From the NCBI GenBank assembly GCA_964390855.1, contig CAYMJG010000001.1, positions 37,726 through 101,725 of the forward strand: a stretch of DNA of 64,000 bases, written 5' to 3'. Source of the stretch: an uncultured Eubacteriales bacterium (lineage in GTDB: Bacteria; Bacillota; Desulfotomaculia; Desulfotomaculales; Pelotomaculaceae). This document shows, one piece after another, positions 29,095-38,437 of this stretch. The translations under genes and the position numbers were made by a program. The notes beneath the pieces were generated by a model. The model saw nothing but the letters and a program-made list of their open reading frames with translations, was not told the origin of the DNA and did no database searches. The first letter of the stretch is position 1. The number at the start of each line of letters is the position of its first letter.

Positions 29095-29785
29095 TACCGG
29101 CCTGGTGAGGGTTTTAAACGAGGACAGCTATCACATTTCGCCCGGGGACTGTTTTTTCTCGGTGGCGGATGGTATGGGCGGTCACCGGGCGGGGGAAGTC
29201 GCCAGTCAAATGGCTCTGCAACTGTTGAAACAGGCACTGGACAGGCGCCTGAAAGGCGGAGAGAAGGCAGACAGGGCTCTGGTTGACTCAATCAAGGAAG
29301 CCAATAGCGCGCTTTGGGAACTAGCAGCAGGAAAGCCGGAATGGAAGGGTATGGGGACTACTGTAACTGCTTGCTTGAAACGTAGCGGTGAAATTCTAAT
29401 CGGCCAGGTTGGTGACAGCCGTGCTTATCTGCTGCGGGGTAACTGGATTTGCCAGTTGACGGAAGATCACTCACTGGTGCAGGAACTGGTTAAAAACGGC
29501 AGCATAACAGAGGAAGAAGCCTTTACCCACCCGCGGAAGAATATTTTGACCAGGGCTCTTGGCGCGGGAAATTTCTTGGATGTTGACCTTTACCGTTACC
29601 GGGTGCTTTCGGGTGATCAATTGTTGCTATGCACGGATGGCCTGACAAGATACATGCGCCGGGAGGAACTTCTGGTGTCAATTAACTCGTCCCCGGATCC
29701 GGATACTGCGGTTAAAGATCTATTAAAAAAAGCGATCTGCGCCGGCGGCGCTGATAATATTACGATTATCCTTGTTGAATTCTAA
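29072..29785 (+). CDS. prpC: PP2C-family Ser/Thr protein phosphatase
   Basis: TDTGLVRVLNEDS, VADGMGGHRAGEVAS and LCTDGL...GGADNITIILV motifs. Confidence 0.88.
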   Translation: MKWACITDTGLVRVLNEDSYHISPGDCFFSVADGMGGHRAGEVASQMALQLLKQALDRRLKGGEKADRALVDSIKEANSALWELAAGKPEWKGMGTTVTACLKRSGEILIGQVGDSRAYLLRGNWICQLTEDHSLVQELVKNGSITEEEAFTHPRKNILTRALGAGNFLDVDLYRYRVLSGDQLLLCTDGLTRYMRREELLVSINSSPDPDTAVKDLLKKAICAGGADNITIILVEF

Positions 29786-29803
29786 CTTGAATGGAGATTT
29801 TTA

Positions 29804-31114
29804 ATGTTCGGAGTGTATTATGCCGCTCCACATTCCAAGGTGAAAGATACAGCCGGGGGACGCACAGTTGAGAGAAACCTTTTGTTCCTTGCGGCGTTAT
29901 ACCTGCTGGCGGGAATAATGGCGCTTTTTCCCGGAGAACCCGGTACACGCTTTGTTATTACTGTTGCCGCGGGACTGAGCGTGGCGGTGGTTTTCTTTCT
30001 GACTCATTTTTATTGGCAGGCCAGCGGCTTCAAGGGTGATTGCTATTTGCTGCCAATCACTGCAGTACTTATTTCAACAGGCCTGGTATTTCTTTTCAGG
30101 CTGGACCCGTACTATGGCATCCGGCAATTTATCTGGATTCTTATCGGACTGGGAACACTGGTTTTTACGTCACGTGTGCTGCTGGACATCCGCTTTCTAG
30201 GTGACTACAAGTATGTTTACGCACTGCTTGGCCTGGTTGCTTTAATACTGCCCATTTTTTTCGGCAAGGTGCAGGGGGGCGCGAAAAGCTGGCTGGACTT
30301 TGGTTTTTTCCAGCTGCAGCCTTCAGAATTTGTTAAAATTCTTTTAGTGCTTTTCCTGGCCGGCTATCTGGCTGAAAACAGGGCTGTGCTGGCAGCGGGT
30401 ACCAGGAGCCTGGGGGGAATTTCCCTGCCGGGTCCCTCGGCATGGGCGCCTCTGGTTGTCATGTGGGGCATATCTCTTCTGCTTCTGGTCTTCCAGCGCG
30501 ATTTGGGCGCAGCCTTGATCTATTTTGGGGTTTTTCTGGCAATGGTATATGCGGCCACAGCGCGGATCTTATATGTCCTTTTTGGGCTGGGTCTTTTTGT
30601 GGCTGGGGCCCTGGCCAGTTATCTTTTATTCGACCATGTACGCGACAGGGTGTTAATATGGCTGAATCCCTGGCCGTATATAGACAACATCGGCTACCAG
30701 ATTACCCAGTCCCTTTTTGCCATAGGTTCCGGCGGCGCCTTTGGCGCCGGTCTTGGACAGGGATATCCCGGATTCATACCGCTTGTGCATTCCGACTTTA
30801 TTTTTCCAGCTATTTGTGAAGAACTGGGTCTGGCGGGCGGCGCCTGTGTGATTGTCTTGTTTATGATGCTTATTTTCAGGGGAATAAAAATAGCCCTGCG
30901 GGCCAGGGATGAATTTTCGGCCCTGGCAGCGATTGGGCTGACGTCCCTTTTGGGCCTGCAGGCTTTTGTCATTATTGCCGGGGTAACCAGGCTGCTGCCA
31001 TTAACAGGAGTGACTTTGCCATATGTCAGCTATGGGGGTAGTTCTCTGGTGGCTAACCTAATCCTGCTGGGATTATTGTTGAATATTTCCCACGAGGCCG
31101 GCGGCAGCTTATGA
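29804..31114 (+). CDS. FtsW/RodA/SpoVE-family peptidoglycan glycosyltransferase
   Basis: Polytopic membrane protein with QPSEFVK, TDFIFPAICEELG and LPLTGVTLPYVSYGGSS motifs. Confidence 0.85.
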   Translation: MFGVYYAAPHSKVKDTAGGRTVERNLLFLAALYLLAGIMALFPGEPGTRFVITVAAGLSVAVVFFLTHFYWQASGFKGDCYLLPITAVLISTGLVFLFRLDPYYGIRQFIWILIGLGTLVFTSRVLLDIRFLGDYKYVYALLGLVALILPIFFGKVQGGAKSWLDFGFFQLQPSEFVKILLVLFLAGYLAENRAVLAAGTRSLGGISLPGPSAWAPLVVMWGISLLLLVFQRDLGAALIYFGVFLAMVYAATARILYVLFGLGLFVAGALASYLLFDHVRDRVLIWLNPWPYIDNIGYQITQSLFAIGSGGAFGAGLGQGYPGFIPLVHSDFIFPAICEELGLAGGACVIVLFMMLIFRGIKIALRARDEFSALAAIGLTSLLGLQAFVIIAGVTRLLPLTGVTLPYVSYGGSSLVANLILLGLLLNISHEAGGSL

Positions 31115-32505
31115 AGCAAAATATAAAAAGACTTGGTATAATGATTATCGGCCTGCTGGCTGTCCTGGTTTTTTACCTGTCGTACCTCAATGTCGTCAGG
31201 GGAACGGATTTTGCGGCGAATTCCCATAACCGGCGTTTGCAGGCATATGAAAATCAGATCCGCCGGGGCGCAATATATGATAGCAAGGGAATTGCCCTGG
31301 CTGTGACCGACTCCAGCGGTGAAAAATACAAGCGTGTTTATCCCAAGGGTCCTGAAACCGCTCATCTTTTGGGTTATATCTCAGAAAAATACGGCCGGGC
31401 CGGACTTGAATCGGCTTGTGACCGCTATCTTTTGGGGCTTGAAGGCGCTGACCGGGCAAGAAATTATATTAACAAATTGCTGGGCCGGGAACAGTTGGGC
31501 GGCGACGTAACCCTTACCATTGATTCCTACCTGCAGGGTTTGGCCCTGGATCTGCTGGCCGGTCGCCGGGGGGCCGTCGTGCTTATTGACTCGCAAACCG
31601 GTGCGGTGCGGGCATTGGTTTCCAATCCGGGTTACGACCCGAACAAACTGGAGGAATTCTGGCCTCAGCTAAGCCAGGATGAGGATGCGCCGCTGCTCAA
31701 CAGGGCTCTCCAGGGCGCCTACCCGCCGGGATCAACATTTAAAATAATAACCGCGGCAGGCGCGCTGGCCGCCAAACCCGACGCCGCTGAGCAGACGTTT
31801 AACTGTCAGGGCTATCTTGAGGTTGACGGCTACAGGCTTGAAGATACTGCGGCGCACGGCAGGCTGGATATTAAAAAAGCCATTGCCGTATCCTGTAACA
31901 CCGCCTTTGCCCAACTGGGACTTGATCAGGGCGCGCAAAATTTTATTAAGACAGTCAAGGCTTTCGGTATTGATCAAGACCCCGGTATTGGCCTGCCTGT
32001 ACGGCCGGGGACGATGGCTGAGCCGGAGGGGCTTATACCAACTGAGCTGGCAGGAAGCGCTATCGGGCAGGGGGAGTTGCAGGTCAGCCCCCTGCATATG
32101 GCCTTGGCGGCGGCGGCCATCGCCAATAATGGCGACCTGATCAAACCGCGTCTGATCGAAACGGTAACTGACTCCACAGGACGGGTTGTAGTGCGGGAGG
32201 AGCCTCGCCACTGGTTAAACGCAACATCATCGCGTATATGCGGGATTATTACTGACGGCATGGTGGAAGCAGTCAGGTCCGGTACTGCTGCAGGCGCCGC
32301 AGTGGCCGGCATTCAGGTGGCCGGTAAAACTGGTTCCGCGCAAAATGCCCATGGCCGGACTCACGCCTGGTTTATCGGTTTTGCACCGGCCGGCGAGCCC
32401 AGACTAGCCATTGCCGTAATTGTGGAAAACGCCGGGTCCGGCGGCGCTGTAGCTGCCCCCGCGGCAGGACAACTCCTTTCCGCTGCCCTAAACAGGGGAT
32501 ACTAG
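31111..32505 (+). CDS. Class B penicillin-binding protein (transpeptidase, PbpA/PBP2-like)
   Basis: N-terminal TM, STFK active-site motif (PPGSTFKIIT), SCN motif (AVSCNTAF) and KTG motif (AGKTGSAQ). ATGA overlap with the upstream gene. Confidence 0.85.
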   Translation: MKQNIKRLGIMIIGLLAVLVFYLSYLNVVRGTDFAANSHNRRLQAYENQIRRGAIYDSKGIALAVTDSSGEKYKRVYPKGPETAHLLGYISEKYGRAGLESACDRYLLGLEGADRARNYINKLLGREQLGGDVTLTIDSYLQGLALDLLAGRRGAVVLIDSQTGAVRALVSNPGYDPNKLEEFWPQLSQDEDAPLLNRALQGAYPPGSTFKIITAAGALAAKPDAAEQTFNCQGYLEVDGYRLEDTAAHGRLDIKKAIAVSCNTAFAQLGLDQGAQNFIKTVKAFGIDQDPGIGLPVRPGTMAEPEGLIPTELAGSAIGQGELQVSPLHMALAAAAIANNGDLIKPRLIETVTDSTGRVVVREEPRHWLNATSSRICGIITDGMVEAVRSGTAAGAAVAGIQVAGKTGSAQNAHGRTHAWFIGFAPAGEPRLAIAVIVENAGSGGAVAAPAAGQLLSAALNRGY

Positions 32506-32559
32506 TATGTAAATAGGAAACGATAATATGTTTATGAAAGCAAAGGCTGCTAGATACTT

Positions 32560-34413
32560 TTGACAACGATTGAGGTGAACATATTGGTTGGAAAATTTGT
32601 GGGAAGCCGTTATGAGTTAATCAAACAACTTGGTGGCGGCGGCATGGCTATTGTTTACATGGGACGGGATACCCTGCTGAACCGTCTGGTAACCATTAAG
32701 GTGCTGCGTCCGGAATTCACCTGCGACGGGGATTTTGTAGAGAGATTCCGCAGGGAGGCGCAAGCCGTCGCAAAGCTTTCTCATCCAAACATAGTCAGTA
32801 TCTATGATGTCGGCCTGGAGGATAATATACACTATCTGGTGATGGAATACGTTGAGGGGGATAACCTAAAGAACCTGATTAAAGAGCAGGGCCCGATGTC
32901 CATCGGCAGGGCGGCGGAGATAGCCGTTCAAGTCAGTGAAGCCCTGCAGCATGCTCATGAAAACAGTATTGTACACAGGGACATTAAACCGCAGAACATT
33001 TTGATTACAAGGGGAGCGCGGGCAAAGTTGACCGACTTCGGCATTGCCAGAGAGGCTACAACCGCTACTCTGACCCAGTCGGACACCATTGTCGGCTCAG
33101 TTCATTATATTTCCCCGGAACAAGCCAGAGGCGGCACGGCAGACGCCAGGTCCGATATATACTCACTGGGTGTCGTTTTATACGAGATGGTCACCGGGGC
33201 CCTGCCGTATACCGGGGAAACCCCTATAGGGGTTGTTTTGAAACATATTAATGATCTTCCGGTCCCCCCTTCCAGCTTGAACCCTTCTGTATCTCCGGGA
33301 TTTGAAAAGATAATCGTCCGGGCGATGGCCAGAAACCCGGCCGATCGTTACCAGTCGGCAAAGGATTTGGCGGAGGATTTGGTTAAACTCACCTTTGGCC
33401 AGGCGGCTGAAGCCAGTCTGGAAGAGGATGAATTTGCCACCAGGGTTATTCCTGCCGTGCCTGCCGTTCGGAAAACCCGGTACGGCCGGCCGCCCGTATT
33501 CTGGTTGGGGTTGCTGCTGCTGGCGGTTATTGCCGGTGTCGGCGCCTTCTGGTATTATGTCAATGTGCCTGAAATAAGCATGCCGGACGTCAGGTACCAG
33601 ACGGAGGCAGCCGCCATGGAAACCCTGCAGGGGAAGGGTATAAAAAACATTCAGGTGACCCGCAATCCGCATCCCTCTGTTGCCCAGGGTCTGGTTATTT
33701 CCCAGGATCCGAAACCGGAGGCGATGATTAAAATTTCACGCGCCGTGACACTCTCTGTGAGTTTGGGGCAGGAACTGCGTGAGGTGCCGGAGGTTATCGG
33801 CCAGACCCTCTATAACGCCAGGATGAGCATCAATGTAAACGAATTAAATGTAACAGAACCAGTACAGGAAGTATACAGCGCCGAATATGCTGTGGGCACA
33901 GTTGTGGATCAGGCGCCCCGGGGCGGGGCAAAAGCGTCCAAGGGCGCCGGTGTGCTGCTGTCTGTCAGTAAGGGGCCGCAGCCGGTAAACCGTCAGGTCC
34001 CGAACCTGGTTGGTCTTACGGTGGAAGACGCCGGGGGAGCGCTGGATCAAGTGAAGCTGCACCTTGATTCTAATAACGGCCAGGCTTCCAGCGCCGATTA
34101 CTTTGCGGGACAAATTATCAGCCAGGATCCCGTGGCAGGGACAGAGGTCCAGGAAGGCAGCGCCGTGCAGGTAGTTCTCAGCAGCGGGCCAGGCCCGCGG
34201 GAGCGCTTATCCAGGGTTGAGGCCAGGATACCGGATGATGATAAAAAGCACGAACTTAAAATTTTGGTGGAAGACGCCAAGGGGAACAGTGTTTTTCATG
34301 AAGAAACCTATACTTCCGGGGAAAAGGTAGTTAAAGAAGTACCCTATTACGGAAAGGCTGTTGTCAAGGTATATATAGACGAAAAACTGGCTGGTGAACA
34401 GAGGTTTGAATAA
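32560..34413 (+). CDS. prkC: Ser/Thr protein kinase with TM segment and PASTA repeats
   Basis: GGGGMAIVY, HRDIKPQN and DFGIA kinase motifs. TM segment VFWLGLLLLAVIAGVGAFWYY. Three PASTA-like repeats follow (VP(E/N)(V/L)(I/V)G...). Confidence 0.9.
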   Translation: MTTIEVNILVGKFVGSRYELIKQLGGGGMAIVYMGRDTLLNRLVTIKVLRPEFTCDGDFVERFRREAQAVAKLSHPNIVSIYDVGLEDNIHYLVMEYVEGDNLKNLIKEQGPMSIGRAAEIAVQVSEALQHAHENSIVHRDIKPQNILITRGARAKLTDFGIAREATTATLTQSDTIVGSVHYISPEQARGGTADARSDIYSLGVVLYEMVTGALPYTGETPIGVVLKHINDLPVPPSSLNPSVSPGFEKIIVRAMARNPADRYQSAKDLAEDLVKLTFGQAAEASLEEDEFATRVIPAVPAVRKTRYGRPPVFWLGLLLLAVIAGVGAFWYYVNVPEISMPDVRYQTEAAAMETLQGKGIKNIQVTRNPHPSVAQGLVISQDPKPEAMIKISRAVTLSVSLGQELREVPEVIGQTLYNARMSINVNELNVTEPVQEVYSAEYAVGTVVDQAPRGGAKASKGAGVLLSVSKGPQPVNRQVPNLVGLTVEDAGGALDQVKLHLDSNNGQASSADYFAGQIISQDPVAGTEVQEGSAVQVVLSSGPGPRERLSRVEARIPDDDKKHELKILVEDAKGNSVFHEETYTSGEKVVKEVPYYGKAVVKVYIDEKLAGEQRFE

Positions 34414-35290
34414 CCATAGCAAATTTGTTGAAGGTATTGTGGTTAGGGCTTATGGAGGATTTTTCTATATCCATGACGGGCGGAACATATGGGAATGCTC
34501 GTTGCGCGGTCGTTTACGCTACAAGAAACAGCAAGTGCTGGTGGGGGACCGGGTACTGCTGGCCCCGGCCCCGAATCTGAGCGGGGTAGTGGAAGATGTG
34601 CTGCCCAGAAGGTCCCTTTTGACCAGGCCGGTCGTGGCCAATGTAGATCAGGCTGTAATTGTTTTTTCCCTGCGGGATCCCGAACCAAACCCGGGCTTGC
34701 TGGAGCGTTTTTTAATTACAGCGGCATTGAACGGAATTACACCTATAATCTGCTTTAACAAGGTTGATCTGACAAAAGAGCGCCAGATAGAACTCATTAC
34801 CAACTACCGGGAGAACTATCATGTTGTGATCACCAGTGCCAAAACGGGAGAAGGCCTGTGCCTGCTGCGGGAAACTCTAAACGGCAAGATATCGGTGTTT
34901 GCCGGTCCCTCCGGTGTGGGCAAGTCAACAATATTAAATTCCTTAATACCCGGCCTGCGACAAAGAACGGGTGAGGTCAGCGCCAAATTGAAAAGCGGCA
35001 AACATACCACGCGCCATATCGAGCTGATTCCCTTGGAGGGCGGTGGTTTTGTGGCCGACACCCCCGGTTTTTCAAATCTGGACCTGCCAGATATTAAACC
35101 GGAGGAATTGGCCGGCTTATTTCCAGGCATCGCCAACTTCCGGGCAAATTGTTTTTTTACCGGCTGCCTGCATTATAAAGAACCCGGTTGCTCGATTAAG
35201 GAAGCAGTTCAAGAGGGTGAGATTAGTGAGATGCGTTACAGGCAATATCTGGAATCACTGGTGCAGCTTATAGACAGGAGGAAGCGTTAA
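34394..35290 (+). CDS. rsgA: Ribosome small-subunit-dependent GTPase A
   Basis: Circularly permuted GTPase with NKVDL then GPSGVGKST. C-terminal zinc motif CFFTGCLHYKEPGC. The start is uncertain (GTG 34394 or TTG 34406). Confidence 0.88.
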   Translation: MNRGLNNHSKFVEGIVVRAYGGFFYIHDGRNIWECSLRGRLRYKKQQVLVGDRVLLAPAPNLSGVVEDVLPRRSLLTRPVVANVDQAVIVFSLRDPEPNPGLLERFLITAALNGITPIICFNKVDLTKERQIELITNYRENYHVVITSAKTGEGLCLLRETLNGKISVFAGPSGVGKSTILNSLIPGLRQRTGEVSAKLKSGKHTTRHIELIPLEGGGFVADTPGFSNLDLPDIKPEELAGLFPGIANFRANCFFTGCLHYKEPGCSIKEAVQEGEISEMRYRQYLESLVQLIDRRKR

Positions 35291-35955
35291 TGCCCCTTAT
35301 TAAAATAGCCCCTTCGATTTTGTCAGCCAACTTCGCCGCCCTGCGGGATGATGTGGAGGCGGTGGAAAAAGCCGGAGCGGAATACCTGCATATAGATGTC
35401 ATGGACGGCCACTTTGTGCCCAACATTACTATTGGCCCTCTTGTGGTGAAATCCCTGCGGGCCGGGTCCGCCATGATTTTTGACGTCCACCTGATGATTG
35501 AAAATCCGGGCCAATACATAGATGAATTTATTGCAGCGGGGGCAGATCTTGTTACAGTGCATGTGGAATCAGCCCTGCACCTGCACCGGACCGTCACGAT
35601 GATCAAGGGGAGGGGATGCCGGGTAGGGGTTGCCCTTAACCCGGCCACGGCGCCGGACACCATCGAATACGTTCTGCCGCTTTTGGATCTGGTGCTGCTG
35701 ATGACTGTCAACCCGGGCTTCGGTGGGCAGAGTTTTATTCCAGAGATGCTTCCCAAGATAGAAGTTGTGCGGGACAAAATAAACCGTCTGGGGTTGAAAA
35801 CGGAAATACAGGTAGACGGCGGCATCAATGTGGACAATGCCGCTTCTGTTGTCAGAGCCGGTGCGAACATTCTGGTTGCCGGTTCGGCGATTTTCGGTGA
35901 AAGCGACATAGGGGCGGCTGTACGCAGGCTAAAGAAAGCGGCGGTTGGCTCCTAA
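35290..35955 (+). CDS. rpe: Ribulose-phosphate 3-epimerase
   Basis: IAPSILSANFA, HIDVMDGHFVPN, MTVNPGFGGQ and VDGG motifs. TAATG overlap with rsgA. Confidence 0.92.
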   Translation: MPLIKIAPSILSANFAALRDDVEAVEKAGAEYLHIDVMDGHFVPNITIGPLVVKSLRAGSAMIFDVHLMIENPGQYIDEFIAAGADLVTVHVESALHLHRTVTMIKGRGCRVGVALNPATAPDTIEYVLPLLDLVLLMTVNPGFGGQSFIPEMLPKIEVVRDKINRLGLKTEIQVDGGINVDNAASVVRAGANILVAGSAIFGESDIGAAVRRLKKAAVGS

Positions 35956-35987
35956 AAACCTAAAATTTTAAAAACCCTTTATTAATT

Positions 35988-36016
35988 ATTACCAGCCGGG
36001 TGCTGGTAATTTTTTA
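35988..36016 (+). terminator. Rho-independent terminator ending the long def...rpe operon
   Basis: ATTACCAGC-CGGGT-GCTGGTAAT followed by TTTTT. Confidence 0.8.
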
Positions 36017-36023
36017 TTGTAGG

Positions 36024-36056
36024 AATACCCGTTAGAGAGGTGTGTCCCCGTTTCGC
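36024..36056. repeat. Second copy of the 33-nt repeat (solo arm, no inverted partner)
   Basis: AATACCCGTTAGAGAGGTGTGTCCCCGTTTCGC versus 6007-6039, 30/33 identical. Confidence 0.6.
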
Positions 36057-36135
36057 TAAAGAGGCGAACCTGAGCCGCGTTGTAAACTTGCAGGTCGCCG
36101 AGGGGCGAATTTGTTCTTGCCGTATATATCTTAAT

Positions 36136-36159
36136 ATTGTAATATATAAATAATACAAT
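36136..36159. promoter_or_regulatory. AT-rich imperfect inverted repeat ATTGTAAT-N8-AATACAAT upstream of the ArsR-family gene (candidate operator/promoter)
   Basis: Seen directly. It overlaps TATAAA/TATAAT-like hexamers about 50-75 nt before the ATG. Confidence 0.3.
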
Positions 36160-36211
36160 TATAAACAATCAGAAGAAAGGGGAACTGGGAGAAAGGGGAA
36201 TCAAATGTCAA

Positions 36212-36490
36212 ATGAAGGATCTTGCGGTATATAAGGAAAAAGCTAATTTGCTTAAGGCCTTGGCCCACCCTACCAGGCTTTGCATTGTACATGGTTTGAT
36301 CGAAAACGATTGTAATGTCAATGGGATTATTGAATGCCTGCAGATGCCCCAGTCCACGGTTTCACAGCAGCTAGCGGTTTTGAGAAACAAGGGAATCATT
36401 GAAGGAAGGCGCAGCGGGACAGAAATTTCCTACTCTGTAATTGATGGTCAGGTCAGGCAGCTGGTAAAGACGTTGATGAATAATGAATAG
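36212..36490 (+). CDS. ArsR/SmtB-family transcriptional regulator
   Basis: LKALAHPTRLCIVHGL plus QSTVSQQLAVLRNKGII winged-helix motif. Three Cys residues at positions 24, 34 and 42. Confidence 0.85.
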   Translation: MKDLAVYKEKANLLKALAHPTRLCIVHGLIENDCNVNGIIECLQMPQSTVSQQLAVLRNKGIIEGRRSGTEISYSVIDGQVRQLVKTLMNNE

Positions 36491-36500
36491 GAGAATGAGA

Positions 36501-38165
36501 ATGAGTACTGAGAAATTATTAATTATCGGCGGGGTAGCCGCCGGGACCAAGGTCGCGGCCAAAGCGGCGCGTGAAAACCCCGGCCTGGATATCGTGGTTT
36601 TGACCAGGGATCGGCATGTGTCCTATGCCGGGTGCGGTCTGCCTTATTATATCGGTGATGTAATCAAGGAAGAGAGAGAACTCCTTGTCCGGCGCCCAAA
36701 GGATTTTAGGGCTGACTTCGGCATTGAGGTAATCACTGATATTGAGGCCACAAAAATACTGCCGGCAGTAAAAACTGTGCTGGCGAGGGATTTAAATACG
36801 GGTGATACCAGGCAATTTGCCTATGACAAGCTGGTGCTGGCCACAGGCGCCTCACCGTTCATTCCGCCGGTGGAAGGCGCGACACTTGGCAACATCATGA
36901 ACGTGCGCACTGTCCGGGAGGCCACTGCCGTCAAAAACCTGTTAGACGAGCGCAACGTGGCTGACGCTGTGGTTGTCGGCGGTGGTATGAACGGCCTGGA
37001 GGTGGCGGAAAATCTTGCCCGGAGGGGAATCAAAACCACTGTGGTCGAACTGGCGCCCCACATTCTGCCTCCTTATGATGCTGATATCGCTTTACATGTA
37101 CAGAAACACCTCGCTGAAAATGGGGTTACAGTCCTTGCCGGTACGGCAGTCAAATCCTTTGTAGACAATGGAAAGGGCGATGTGGGCGCTGTTTCCACCG
37201 GTTCAGATCTCTTGCAGGCCGATCTGGTGATCCTGTCAGTAGGTGTGCGCCCCAACGTGGAACTGGCCGTGGATTGCGGCATCCTGTTGGGACCGACAGG
37301 GGCTATCGCTGTAAATGACAAAACTGAAACGAACATGGATGGCATTTATGCTGTGGGGGACTGTGCGGAAAATGTCAACCTGATCACCGGCCGGACGGTC
37401 TGGTACCCAATGGGTTCAACGGCCAATAAAACTGGCCGGGTCGCCGGCATAAATCTTACTGGTAATGAGACAGAGGATACAATGGGGGGTGTCCTTGGCA
37501 CCTCTGTTTTAAAACTATTCGATCTCAACATAGCAAAGACCGGCTTGTCTGAAAGAGACGCCGGATCACTTGGGTACAGCGTGGAGACTGTAATTGTACC
37601 GGCGCCTGATCGGGCCCATTATTATCCCGGAAGCCGGGAGATTGTGACCAAGCTGATAGTGGATCGGGATAGCCGCAGGATCCTGGGCGGTCAGATTTTT
37701 GGCGCGGGTGTTGTCGACAAACCGATCGATATACTGGTAACGGCAATCAGTTTCGGTGCTACCGTCGAACAGTTGGCAAAGCTTGATCTTGCCTATGCTC
37801 CTCCTTTCTCCACTGCTTTGGGCACAACAATAGTGGCCGCCAATGTGCTGATCAACAAACTGGCGGGTAAATTCACCGGGGTTGGGGCTCTTGAACTTAA
37901 GGAAAAAGTGGAAGCGGGCGCCATGCTCGTTGATGTAAGAATTGATAAGGAATATTTCGTAAGGTGCATACCTGGTTCAATAAACATTCCACTCAGGCAT
38001 CTGGTTGAAAGGGCCGGCGAACTAGACAGGGAAAAGGAAATCATCCTTGTATGCAAGGTAGGCCTGCGCGCATATCTCGCTTCTTTAAAACTAAAAGGTC
38101 TGGGCTTTGAAAAAGTCAGTATCTTGGAAGGTGGTCTTGCCGCCTACCCGTTTGAAACGGAATAA
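36501..38165 (+). CDS. CoA-disulfide/persulfide reductase-type FAD oxidoreductase with C-terminal rhodanese domain
   Basis: LLIIGGVAAG FAD motif, redox Cys in SYAGCGLPYY, second dinucleotide fold VVVGGGMNGLE, and rhodanese loop ILVCKVGLRA. Confidence 0.8.
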   Translation: MSTEKLLIIGGVAAGTKVAAKAARENPGLDIVVLTRDRHVSYAGCGLPYYIGDVIKEERELLVRRPKDFRADFGIEVITDIEATKILPAVKTVLARDLNTGDTRQFAYDKLVLATGASPFIPPVEGATLGNIMNVRTVREATAVKNLLDERNVADAVVVGGGMNGLEVAENLARRGIKTTVVELAPHILPPYDADIALHVQKHLAENGVTVLAGTAVKSFVDNGKGDVGAVSTGSDLLQADLVILSVGVRPNVELAVDCGILLGPTGAIAVNDKTETNMDGIYAVGDCAENVNLITGRTVWYPMGSTANKTGRVAGINLTGNETEDTMGGVLGTSVLKLFDLNIAKTGLSERDAGSLGYSVETVIVPAPDRAHYYPGSREIVTKLIVDRDSRRILGGQIFGAGVVDKPIDILVTAISFGATVEQLAKLDLAYAPPFSTALGTTIVAANVLINKLAGKFTGVGALELKEKVEAGAMLVDVRIDKEYFVRCIPGSINIPLRHLVERAGELDREKEIILVCKVGLRAYLASLKLKGLGFEKVSILEGGLAAYPFETE

Positions 38166-38180
38166 GTGGGGGTGAAGGTT

Positions 38181-38405
38181 ATGGCTGAAAAACTAATTAA
38201 CGCCAGGGGCATGCAATGTCCCGGACCCATTGTGCAGCTGTTCAAGGAAGCTCAAAGCTGCGCTCCGGGTGATATCTTGTGCATAGAGGTCACCGATCAC
38301 GGTTTTAAAAAGGATATCGCCGCCTGGTGTAAAAAAACAAAGAATGAACTGCTGTCACTGGAAGAAGGGAACGGCGTAATCAGGGCCAGGATTAAAAAAT
38401 ACTAA
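38181..38405 (+). CDS. TusA/SirA-family sulfurtransferase
   Basis: ARGMQCPGPIVQL (CPxP motif). ATG follows GGGGGTGAAGG. Confidence 0.8.
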   Translation: MAEKLINARGMQCPGPIVQLFKEAQSCAPGDILCIEVTDHGFKKDIAAWCKKTKNELLSLEEGNGVIRARIKKY

Positions 38406-38437
38406 TATATGATGGATCATTTTTTTAGCTGGGAGGG

